A program made the translations under genes and the position numbers. Under the pieces are notes generated by a model. The model saw only the letters and a list, made by a program, of their open reading frames with translations. It was not told where the DNA came from and searched no databases. From positions 1 to 32,534 of IMG/VR virus record IMGVR_UViG_3300019784_002254: DNA of 32,534 nt. One strand, 5' to 3'. The stretch is from a virus. Lineage: Duplodnaviria > Caudoviricetes. This document shows, in pieces, positions 8,356 through 16,233 of this stretch (position 1 is its first letter; each line of letters begins with the position of its first letter).

Positions 8356-8385
8356 ACAATTTTAAAGAACTGTACATTATTACAC
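8356..8385 (-). promoter_or_regulatory. GTGTAA promoter motif plus boxA-like element of the ribozyme
   Basis: GTGTAA-N9-GTTCTTTAAAATTG, the same spacing as the tmRNA leader GTGTAA-N9-GTTCTTTAACATTG. Confidence 0.65.
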
Positions 8386-8432
8386 TTTATATATTAAATA
8401 TAGATTTTTTTTTTAAATTGTGCTTTGTACTC

Positions 8433-9425
8433 TCAAATAAAAGACTTATTTCCAGAGAATATTATCTCACAAAAATCTTTAAGCTCAGTAGTCATATAAT
8501 CTTTCATTGAATTAAAATCAATAAAATTTATATAACTTGGACCAGATTGATCATCTGTTATAATTTTATATTTATTAATCTGTTCTACGATGTCACATTT
8601 ATTGATAATAAGTTTCGTTGTTCCAGATATTTTGATAGCTTGTTTTAAATGATTTAATCTTAACCAATTAGCTATTCTTTTACGACCAGTAGTAGAACCA
8701 AACTCTTTACCTAGTTCAATTATCTTATTAAGATATTCGTCATTCCATAGTGATTCTGGAAATAATGGATCTACTCCACTTTTAGTATCATAAATTTTAG
8801 CTACGCCAATAATGTCTCTAATCTTCTTTGGGCTAAACCCAAGAGAGCAAGCGTTATATGGTAAAGTTTCACTACTTGTAACATATGGATAATCTCCATA
8901 ATTTATATCTAACCAAAAACTTTGCGCACCTTCACATAAAATTTCTCCAGATAATTCTCCATCCCAAATATATTTTTTATCTAAATATGAGCCAGCCATC
9001 TTTCCAATTCTTAACATTTTATCTGCATAAGCTGGAGCAATACCTTGACCAGTTGTACCAAGTTTTGGTTTTAGAAATTTGAGATCATATTGGATATGTC
9101 TTTCAGTAATAATATGAGCTTTAGGACTAACTTTAATTAAAGATGTATCAAATCCTTCTTTTTTAAGATAATCTATTTCATCGAAAAATTTATCAATGTT
9201 GATAACACAATTTGGACCAACGATACTAAGTTTATTTTGGAAAACTCCACAAGGAATAATATGAGTTTTATATTTCTTATCGTTAAGATAAACTGTATGA
9301 CCTGCATTGGGGCCACCATTCCAACGACAAACAATATCATAATTTTTAGAAATAGTATTACTTATTTTACCTTTTCCTTCATCTCCCCAAGCTAAACCAA
9401 AAATAATATCAACTGCTTTGATCAT
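8433..9425 (-). CDS. purA: Adenylosuccinate synthetase (short form)
   Basis: WGDEGKGK, GGPNAGHT, GTTGQGI, EGAQ, YPYVTSS, EFGSTTGRKR. Confidence 0.95.
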   Translation of the reverse strand: MIKAVDIIFGLAWGDEGKGKISNTISKNYDIVCRWNGGPNAGHTVYLNDKKYKTHIIPCGVFQNKLSIVGPNCVINIDKFFDEIDYLKKEGFDTSLIKVSPKAHIITERHIQYDLKFLKPKLGTTGQGIAPAYADKMLRIGKMAGSYLDKKYIWDGELSGEILCEGAQSFWLDINYGDYPYVTSSETLPYNACSLGFSPKKIRDIIGVAKIYDTKSGVDPLFPESLWNDEYLNKIIELGKEFGSTTGRKRIANWLRLNHLKQAIKISGTTKLIINKCDIVEQINKYKIITDDQSGPSYINFIDFNSMKDYMTTELKDFCEIIFSGNKSFI

Positions 9426-9639
9426 CTTTTTTAGATTTTAATTCGTTAATATAATTTTCTAAATTTTCTTTAGCTTTATTACAGAAGTCTTGGCCAGATT
9501 TACCACAGCAATCTTTAAATTTCTTACCTTCAAGTGGACATTTTGAATTTCTTCCAATTTTAGGCAAAACTCTAACTACTGGAGTAAATGGCGTAGCTCT
9601 AGCGTAAGGGCTATGATCTAGTTTAATTTTATCTTCCAT
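9409..9639 (-). CDS. SEC-C motif protein
   Basis: KIGRNSKCPLEGKKFKDCCG resembles the SecA C-terminal SEC-C motif, lacking the second Cys. Confidence 0.75.
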   Translation of the reverse strand: MEDKIKLDHSPYARATPFTPVVRVLPKIGRNSKCPLEGKKFKDCCGKSGQDFCNKAKENLENYINELKSKKDDQSS

Positions 9640-9640
9640 A

Positions 9641-10021
9641 TTATTTATTTTGTTGTAAAGTAGGTTTCATACTTCTATACGATGAATTATATCGATCAAC
9701 ATCATCAACTTTATTAGCATCCATAAGAAGAAAGGTTTTTTGATTTAATCTGAAATTCTCATTTTCTTTAGCAGAAATTACAGCTCTTATTTGAGATCTC
9801 GTTTTCGACTCTTTAAAAACAGAGTATTGATCTTTTGTTGATTTCAATAAATCTATTTCTTTTGTATTAGATGTGATCTTTGATTTAGATATATTATATT
9901 CTACGCCTCTTGTAACAGAATCATACTTCTGGTAAGTAGATTGAGCCTTAGAAGTACTAGCAGCAATTATAAAAGCTAGAATAGCTAAAGCGATATGTTT
10001 TATTTTAATATTATTTTCCAT
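9641..10021 (-). CDS. Secreted/exported hypothetical protein
   Basis: Likely start MENNIKIK (10021); signal peptide IALAILAFIIAASTSKA. Confidence 0.65.
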   Translation of the reverse strand: MENNIKIKHIALAILAFIIAASTSKAQSTYQKYDSVTRGVEYNISKSKITSNTKEIDLLKSTKDQYSVFKESKTRSQIRAVISAKENENFRLNQKTFLLMDANKVDDVDRYNSSYRSMKPTLQQNK

Positions 10022-11111
10022 GAGCAAATCCCTCATACATGCTATTTGGACTATTTTTAACTGCTGTAATTTTATCAGTCCATAATCCTCCGCGCATATC
10101 CTGTAAATCTCTGAAACCTAAATAACTCATGCCACTTCTTAAGCCATTAGCGAAATCATAAATAATATCCTCTAATGATTTATTTTCGATTAATGGAATC
10201 AAAGTGTTATCTCCTTCAACAAATAAATTCTTTTTTGTTCCATCATATAATTCATAATCCTCAACAACATCTTGACTTGCCATTCCTCGATATTTAGCAA
10301 ATCTTTTACCATTTATTTCAACTATATTTTCATCATCAACAACATCTGCAAGTCCAGCAAATATTCTACCGCAAATTACAGCATCACATCCACTTGCTAT
10401 AGCTTTAACTAAGTCTTTTGGATACCTAATTCCACCATCAGCAAGAATACTTGGCCTATGAGATGGATTAGGTTTATCTTGTTTAAATAAATCAACTTGA
10501 GAAAGTTCCCAATTTCTGACAGCTTTCCAAGCGTAATAATTTCCAGTTAAACTTGGACATCCAATTCCAGTTTTAACTTGAGTTAAGCACATAGATCCTG
10601 GACCAATTAAATGTCTAAATCCATCTGCTTTCAAATTAGCAAGTCTATAAACGCTTTCTTTAGTTAAAGTATTTCCTACTATTATATCTTGAGAAAACCC
10701 AGCAGTTTTATACCACCTCAAGAAATCTTCTACATTTTTTGCTAAACCATTAGCTGTATCTAAAAAATAAAGATTAGTAAATGCGCTTGTAGCTCTAATT
10801 CTTTCTTCTGCATCTTTTAATCCAATTGCGGTAATACAGAAATCGCTAGCATCTTTAATAAGTTTAGCTTTAGCTGCTTGATCATTAATTGACATGAATC
10901 TATGTAAAACCCCAGCCGCACCAAGTTTATTCATCTTAATGCATGATTTTACAGAAGATACAGTATCCATTGGCGATAAGATTATTGGAATCTTTATCGT
11001 ATTGTTTCTTGAAATTTTTGTAGTCGTGTCTACTTCTTTTCTTGAATTTATATCAGAAAAATTCGGTAGAAGTGAAATATCATCGTAACTTAAAGCTTCT
11101 TTGAATTGCAT
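10011..11111 (-). CDS. guaB: IMP dehydrogenase / GMP reductase family protein, no CBS domains
   Basis: LSYDDI, SPMDTV, GVLHRF, IGPGSMCLT (catalytic Cys), ADGGIR, YRGMAS, VEG, GLRSGMSYLG. IMPDH versus GMPR not resolved. Confidence 0.85.
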   Translation of the reverse strand: MQFKEALSYDDISLLPNFSDINSRKEVDTTTKISRNNTIKIPIILSPMDTVSSVKSCIKMNKLGAAGVLHRFMSINDQAAKAKLIKDASDFCITAIGLKDAEERIRATSAFTNLYFLDTANGLAKNVEDFLRWYKTAGFSQDIIVGNTLTKESVYRLANLKADGFRHLIGPGSMCLTQVKTGIGCPSLTGNYYAWKAVRNWELSQVDLFKQDKPNPSHRPSILADGGIRYPKDLVKAIASGCDAVICGRIFAGLADVVDDENIVEINGKRFAKYRGMASQDVVEDYELYDGTKKNLFVEGDNTLIPLIENKSLEDIIYDFANGLRSGMSYLGFRDLQDMRGGLWTDKITAVKNSPNSMYEGFAHGK

Positions 11112-11117
11112 TTAATA

Positions 11118-11146
11118 ATTATAGAACCAATATAGCAGCAAGTCAA
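11118..11146 (-). promoter_or_regulatory. Sigma70-type promoter, leaderless guaB mRNA
   Basis: TTGACT-17-TATAAT, 6 nt before the ATG. Confidence 0.7.
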
Positions 11147-11152
11147 TATAAA

Positions 11153-11446
11153 TTATATCGTTTTAAAGATTTCGTTATTTTTATTTTTAAACATGAGTTT
11201 ATCATCACTTGATAAATTTAGAATAGTTTTAATTGAATTTAAAATTTGAGCATCCAATGAATTAATCTTTTCCTCAAATTTGTCTTGAGCAAAGTTTTGT
11301 CTAGTCTTCTTACTACAATTGCACCCACCTAAAGATGTCTCATAATACGTAATTGTATCATTAAACAATGATAGTATATTATTTCCACTCATATTTTCCT
11401 TAGCAAAAGCTACAAAATCAATTAAATTAAATGTTTTCTCTATCAT
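11153..11446 (-). CDS. Hypothetical protein (CxC motif)
   Basis: 97 aa, GGCNCS. Confidence 0.6.
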   Translation of the reverse strand: MIEKTFNLIDFVAFAKENMSGNNILSLFNDTITYYETSLGGCNCSKKTRQNFAQDKFEEKINSLDAQILNSIKTILNLSSDDKLMFKNKNNEIFKTI

Positions 11447-11792
11447 GATATTTTAATAAAATTACACCAGTAAAGTATAATATAATAGATAGTGTAAAAT
11501 TTACAAAGAAATTTGCACTATTTGCTAGAAAAGGAATAAGACTTATATTAATCCAAGTATTGATACAGATAGGGCAAGTTATCAATCTTGTCAAAAAATT
11601 ATTATATTGAATCAATAAGAAAACATGATAATTGATCTCTGGATTCTTTTCTCTAAATTTTATAAAATCAAATATTTTAAATAAATTACCAAATGGTTTA
11701 AATAATTTACCATATTCTATAAATGCTTCGGTTTTAAACCATATAAACATTATTACGAAAGATATAAAAATAGGATAGAAATCATTAAACAT
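11427..11792 (-). CDS. Membrane protein with CPxC motif
   Basis: Hydrophobic segments; LITCPICINTW. Confidence 0.65.
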   Translation of the reverse strand: MFNDFYPIFISFVIMFIWFKTEAFIEYGKLFKPFGNLFKIFDFIKFREKNPEINYHVFLLIQYNNFLTRLITCPICINTWINISLIPFLANSANFFVNFTLSIILYFTGVILLKYHDRENI

Positions 11793-12209
11793 CTAATGAT
11801 TATACTTCATTAACTCTATATTATAAAATTTAAATATATCTAAAGCTTTTTGGTCATTAATATATTCCTCTATATAAATAACTCTTTTAATATTATAAGA
11901 AGCTATATTTATCGCACAGCAAGAACATGGTAACATTGTACAAGCTATTACATAAGGCTCTTCGTATCTTGATATACATGATAAAGCGTTAGTCTCAGCA
12001 TGTATCATATACAATCTTCTATGATCTCTATCATTCCAAAAATTATCTTCTGCTATCTTCTTAGAAGTCAATCCATTATATCCAATACTTAATACTCTGC
12101 CTTCTTTATTCAAAATACAGCATCCTACTTTTTTAAATGGATCTTCTGATCTTTCAGAAGCAGATAAGGCGAATTTAACAGCCATATCTTCAAATGATAT
12201 TCTACTCAT
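11793..12209 (-). CDS. dCMP deaminase
   Basis: RSEDP..KVGC, GYNG, HAETNA, PCSCC zinc-deaminase motifs. Confidence 0.92.
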   Translation of the reverse strand: MSRISFEDMAVKFALSASERSEDPFKKVGCCILNKEGRVLSIGYNGLTSKKIAEDNFWNDRDHRRLYMIHAETNALSCISRYEEPYVIACTMLPCSCCAINIASYNIKRVIYIEEYINDQKALDIFKFYNIELMKYNH

Positions 12210-12252
12210 TCATATATAATCTTAATAATATATTAAATTGTCAAGTTAATAC

Positions 12253-12281
12253 TTGACTTTGATATAACTTAATACTATACT
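12253..12281 (+). promoter_or_regulatory. Sigma70-type promoter at the divergent strand switch
   Basis: TTGACT-17-TATACT, 8 nt before ATG 12290; a back-to-back TTGACA lies on the minus strand at 12244-12239. Confidence 0.7.
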
Positions 12282-12289
12282 ACTCTTAT

Positions 12290-12883
12290 ATGATAGGCAT
12301 CACAGGTGTAGCTAGAAGTGGTAAAGATACTTTTTACTCTATACTTTCTAAATATTTAGAGAGCAAAGGCTTAAAGTCTCAAAGACTAGCTTTTGCTGAT
12401 AATTTAAAAAAAGAACTTCGACCATTTGTTAAAGATAATTTTAAAATTGATTTGAATAGTTGTACTCCAGAAGAAAAAGAAATAGTAAGACCACTAATGG
12501 TTGCTTATGGAAAATGTAGAAGATCTCAAACTCAAGGGCAATATTGGGTTTCTTTATTAGATGAAGATGTAAAAAAATTACAAAAGGAAAATATTATACC
12601 CATAATAACAGACGTAAGATACATAGAATATAAAGGAGACGAATATTCTTGGCTTAAAAAATACAATGGAATATTAATACATCTATCAAGAAAACTTGAT
12701 GATGGATCATTAATTCAGCCAGCTAATATAGAAGAAAAAGCTAATGATAATAAATTAAAAAATGTAGCAGATTTGACAATTTCTTGGGAAACTTGTTTAG
12801 ATTCAAATTTCTTATATGAATTAATTGAGAAAAATTTAGAAAAAATATATGAATTATACAGAAGATCTAGAATTAATAAATAA
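12290..12883 (+). CDS. Deoxynucleoside monophosphate kinase
   Basis: IGITGVARSGKDT P-loop, AFADNLK, IITDVRY. Confidence 0.85.
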   Translation: MIGITGVARSGKDTFYSILSKYLESKGLKSQRLAFADNLKKELRPFVKDNFKIDLNSCTPEEKEIVRPLMVAYGKCRRSQTQGQYWVSLLDEDVKKLQKENIIPIITDVRYIEYKGDEYSWLKKYNGILIHLSRKLDDGSLIQPANIEEKANDNKLKNVADLTISWETCLDSNFLYELIEKNLEKIYELYRRSRINK

Positions 12884-13448
12884 AATAAAAGCAACTTCAG
12901 ATAATGAAGCGTTAAAAGAATTAGAATCCAGACATACTGGAATTTATAATGAAATAATTAAAAAATACTATAAACATTTAATAGATTTTGGCTTAAATCC
13001 AAACGATATAGTTTCTGATAAATTATTTGTTCTATACAAATCAGTCATGAGTTTCAATCCAGATAAGAATGTTAAATTTTCGACTTGGCTAGGTAATCAA
13101 GCTAGATATCATTGCTTGAACTGCTTGAATAAAAAGAATAATACTATAGGTATGGAAAATGAAGATATTAAAAAGATAATAGAAAAGAAACAGATCGCAA
13201 TATCAAATGATGATATGAAGTCTAAAGAAAAATCAGATTTAATCTTTTCTATATTAGACAGAATTAAAGATAAAAGAATTTATAAGATATATAAAATGAG
13301 ATACTTTAATGATAAAAAGCTAACTCCTTGGAGTAAAATAAGTAGAAAATTAAAAATAAGCACTCAAACAGCAATTAATCTACATAATAAAGGTAAAACT
13401 TTATTAAAAAATAAGTTGACAAGTATAAATAATACTGATATTATATAA
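12849..13448 (+). CDS. Phage sigma70-family-like transcription factor
   Basis: Region-2-like SFNPDKNVKFSTWL; C-terminal HTH (MRYF..TPWSKISRKLKISTQTA). Confidence 0.75.
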   Translation: MNYTEDLELINKIKATSDNEALKELESRHTGIYNEIIKKYYKHLIDFGLNPNDIVSDKLFVLYKSVMSFNPDKNVKFSTWLGNQARYHCLNCLNKKNNTIGMENEDIKKIIEKKQIAISNDDMKSKEKSDLIFSILDRIKDKRIYKIYKMRYFNDKKLTPWSKISRKLKISTQTAINLHNKGKTLLKNKLTSINNTDII

Positions 13449-13451
13449 ATT

Positions 13452-13757
13452 ATGGAAAACAAAACACAAAACAAAAACCAAAATGAGCTGGGTGCACTTT
13501 GGAAGAAGAAGAGCAAAACAGGACTATCATTCCTATCTGGTTATATTAATGATCACGATGGTCAAAGAATTGATGTTGTAGTTTTTGCTAATAGCAAAAA
13601 GACAAATGAAAAAGCACCAGACTATAGGCTTTATGTTTCTAAGCCTTTAGACAAAGCATCTTCTGAGTCAGTAGCTCAAAAGCCTGCTCAAGAAGTAAAG
13701 AAATTCGTTAAGAAGCAAGTTTCTTCGGTCATTGAAGAGGACGAAGATATTTTGTAA
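13452..13757 (+). CDS. DUF736-like protein, possible ssDNA-binding protein
   Basis: GALWKKKSKTG..FLSG, KAPDYRL, acidic tail EEDEDIL. Confidence 0.6.
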   Translation: MENKTQNKNQNELGALWKKKSKTGLSFLSGYINDHDGQRIDVVVFANSKKTNEKAPDYRLYVSKPLDKASSESVAQKPAQEVKKFVKKQVSSVIEEDEDIL

Positions 13758-14842
13758 TGGATTTCAGTCTTAATCTACCAATTAACTCAGTATCATTTGG
13801 GCAAACGTCCACACTGATACTGAGAGAATTGTTTAATAGAAATATTAACCCACTAATCTCACCAATTGGTGGGAATGTAGATTTATCATCTCAGCAAATA
13901 GACGAGAATTTTGCTAAATGGATTGAACCAAATATTAATTCTTTTCTTGCAAATCATAAAAGAACTAATAAAATATTTAAATTATGGCATCTTAATGGAA
14001 GCTTAGAAAGTCTTTCTGAAAAGCAAATTCTTTTTTCATTTTATGAGCTAGACTCCCCAACTCAAGCAGAACTTAATATAGTAAAAAATAATCACAAAGT
14101 AATATTTTCTTCAAAGTATTCTATAGAAGTTTTTAAAAATCATGGATGCTCAAACTTAGAATATGTTCCATTAGCTTTTGATAAATATAATTTTCAAAGA
14201 CTCGATAAAGCTTATTTTAAAGATAGAATAGTATTTAACCTAGTAGGAAAACTAGAAAAAAGAAAGCATCATAAGAAAGTTATTCAAACTTGGTTGAAAA
14301 AATTTGGTAATGACCAAAGATATCATCTTCAATGCGCGATTTATAATCCATTTCTAAAAGAAGAAGATAATAAAACTTTAATTAATTCTATCTTAGAAGG
14401 TAAGGATTATTTCAATATTTCTTTTATAGGAAATATGCCACGAAATGCAGCTTATAATGATTATTTAAATAGTGGCAATATAATACTTGGAATGAGTGGT
14501 GGAGAAGGCTGGGGTCTTCCAGAGTTTCATTCTGTGGCTCTTGGTAAACATGCAGTAATATTAAATGCTCATGCATATAAAGAATGGGCAAATGAAAATA
14601 ATTCAAGCCTAGTAAATCCAAACTCTAAAATGGAAGTATATGATAATATGTTTTTTCATAAAGGTGAGATGTTTAATCAAGGAAATATATTTGATTTTGA
14701 TTCAGAAGAATTTATATCTGCTTGCGAGAAAGCTATAGCAAAAGTAGTTTCCAATAAACTCAATACAGAAGGACTCAAACTGCAACAAGAATTTTCCTCA
14801 GAAAAAATGGTAGATAAAATACTACAAATCATCAAAGATTAA
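13757..14842 (+). CDS. Glycosyltransferase, GT-B/GT4 family
   Basis: GKLEKRK and SGGEGWGLPEFHSVALG motifs. Confidence 0.85.
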   Translation: MDFSLNLPINSVSFGQTSTLILRELFNRNINPLISPIGGNVDLSSQQIDENFAKWIEPNINSFLANHKRTNKIFKLWHLNGSLESLSEKQILFSFYELDSPTQAELNIVKNNHKVIFSSKYSIEVFKNHGCSNLEYVPLAFDKYNFQRLDKAYFKDRIVFNLVGKLEKRKHHKKVIQTWLKKFGNDQRYHLQCAIYNPFLKEEDNKTLINSILEGKDYFNISFIGNMPRNAAYNDYLNSGNIILGMSGGEGWGLPEFHSVALGKHAVILNAHAYKEWANENNSSLVNPNSKMEVYDNMFFHKGEMFNQGNIFDFDSEEFISACEKAIAKVVSNKLNTEGLKLQQEFSSEKMVDKILQIIKD

Positions 14843-14843
14843 T

Positions 14844-15191
14844 ATGCCCACTTATCTGTATCAAAATCCAAAAACTGGTGAAATTAAAGAGGTCATACAA
14901 AGCATTAATGACAAACATGAGTATTCAAAAGGTGGACTAAAATGGGATAGAGTTTTTACTCTCCCTCAAGTGAATACTCACGACAAGTTAAATGAAAACT
15001 CAACAGAGAAAGATTTCTCTAGAGTAACTAAAAATAAAAAAGGCACAGTAGGAGATTTATGGGATCAAAGTAGAGAGCTGTCTGAGAAAAGAGAAAAGGT
15101 TTATGGGAAAGATCCAGTTAAAAATAAATATTTTGACAACTGGAGCAAAAAGAGAAAAGGCAAAAAGCATCCTAAATCTTTAGGATTATAA
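14844..15191 (+). CDS. FmdB-like protein lacking the zinc cysteines
   Basis: MPTYLYQNPKTGE...EVIQS...RVFT.P pattern. Confidence 0.5.
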   Translation: MPTYLYQNPKTGEIKEVIQSINDKHEYSKGGLKWDRVFTLPQVNTHDKLNENSTEKDFSRVTKNKKGTVGDLWDQSRELSEKREKVYGKDPVKNKYFDNWSKKRKGKKHPKSLGL

Positions 15192-16112
15192 TTCCATATT
15201 TGATCTCTTAATTAATAGATCAAGACAATTCTTACCACCCATTGGATCATTTACTCTGTATTGGCTTTTTAGATATGCTGCGATCATTTTTTCTCTAAAA
15301 GAGTCTTTATTTAAATTTCCATTTTTATTTTGATGGTATATTGGACATGGAGATAATGCCTCAACTGATTTTCCTATAGCCATTGACTCTACTAAGCATG
15401 TGGAACTTAAACCTATAATATACTTAGCGTTTACTGCTAAATCTAAAAAACTAGAAGTTTTGTCCAAAGAAATATTTTCATTACTTAAATTGATTTGATT
15501 TTTAATATAATCGTAGTCTTTTTGTTGATGTCTTGGGTGAAATTTGAAAATAATTTTTTCATTTGGATGTCTAGCTAAAGCAATTGATATTAGGTCTTTA
15601 TTTCTTAAGCTTGAGCCTTGCAAAGATGAATCCCAATCCATTTGTAATGGACACAAGACGTACAATTCCTTTTGATCTTTTAAGTATTTAGAATATATAC
15701 TATTCTCTATATATCTTTTAGCATACTCAATATCATCTTCTTTAATCCATTCAAAATCATCAAAACCTAGTGAGCTTTCATAAAATAAACCTTTATAATC
15801 TATATGTATAGATCCACTTTGAGGCAAATGTCCTAGTTCGGAGTATATAATTTTTTTATTTTTTAATCTTGCTAAATCCATAAATCTTCTTTGATATGGA
15901 CGATAACCATTATTTATAAATATAAGATCGTATTGGTCAATAAACTCAAAGATAATCTCATCGGAAAGCTCTTTAAAGAAATTTTCGTTCTTAATGTCTC
16001 TTTCTTTTTCGCAAATATAACCAAAATCTTCTCTTAATACCTTACAAATCTTGCGGTCATATACTCCAAACATATCCATTAGAGTATATATGAACATTCT
16101 TTTCATTATCAT
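15186..16112 (-). CDS. Capsule polysaccharide synthesis (KpsS/KpsC-like) protein
   Basis: YSELGHLP, IDYKG, LCPLQMDWDSS, FKFHP, SSTCLVESMAIGK. Confidence 0.75.
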   Translation of the reverse strand: MIMKRMFIYTLMDMFGVYDRKICKVLREDFGYICEKERDIKNENFFKELSDEIIFEFIDQYDLIFINNGYRPYQRRFMDLARLKNKKIIYSELGHLPQSGSIHIDYKGLFYESSLGFDDFEWIKEDDIEYAKRYIENSIYSKYLKDQKELYVLCPLQMDWDSSLQGSSLRNKDLISIALARHPNEKIIFKFHPRHQQKDYDYIKNQINLSNENISLDKTSSFLDLAVNAKYIIGLSSTCLVESMAIGKSVEALSPCPIYHQNKNGNLNKDSFREKMIAAYLKSQYRVNDPMGGKNCLDLLIKRSNMEL

Positions 16113-16233
16113 ATTATATTTAATTTAAATCGCCTACACTAATTTATTTACCATAGAAGTTATTAACACCGATTGAAGCTTTTTTCTTTTTAAAAACTAA
16201 AAAATGATGTAAACTATACCTACGACTTTGATT

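Noticed and set aside
8100-8445. Conventional group I intron interrupting the end of purA
   Set aside because: Only a 4-bp P1 (UCUU/GAGA) is possible, splicing gives no useful extension, and a promoter/boxA-like leader lies in between.
8433-9425. PurZ (2-aminoadenine genome pathway)
   Set aside because: The motif is GDEGKG with the PurA Asp, not the Ser-type GSTGKG of PurZ.
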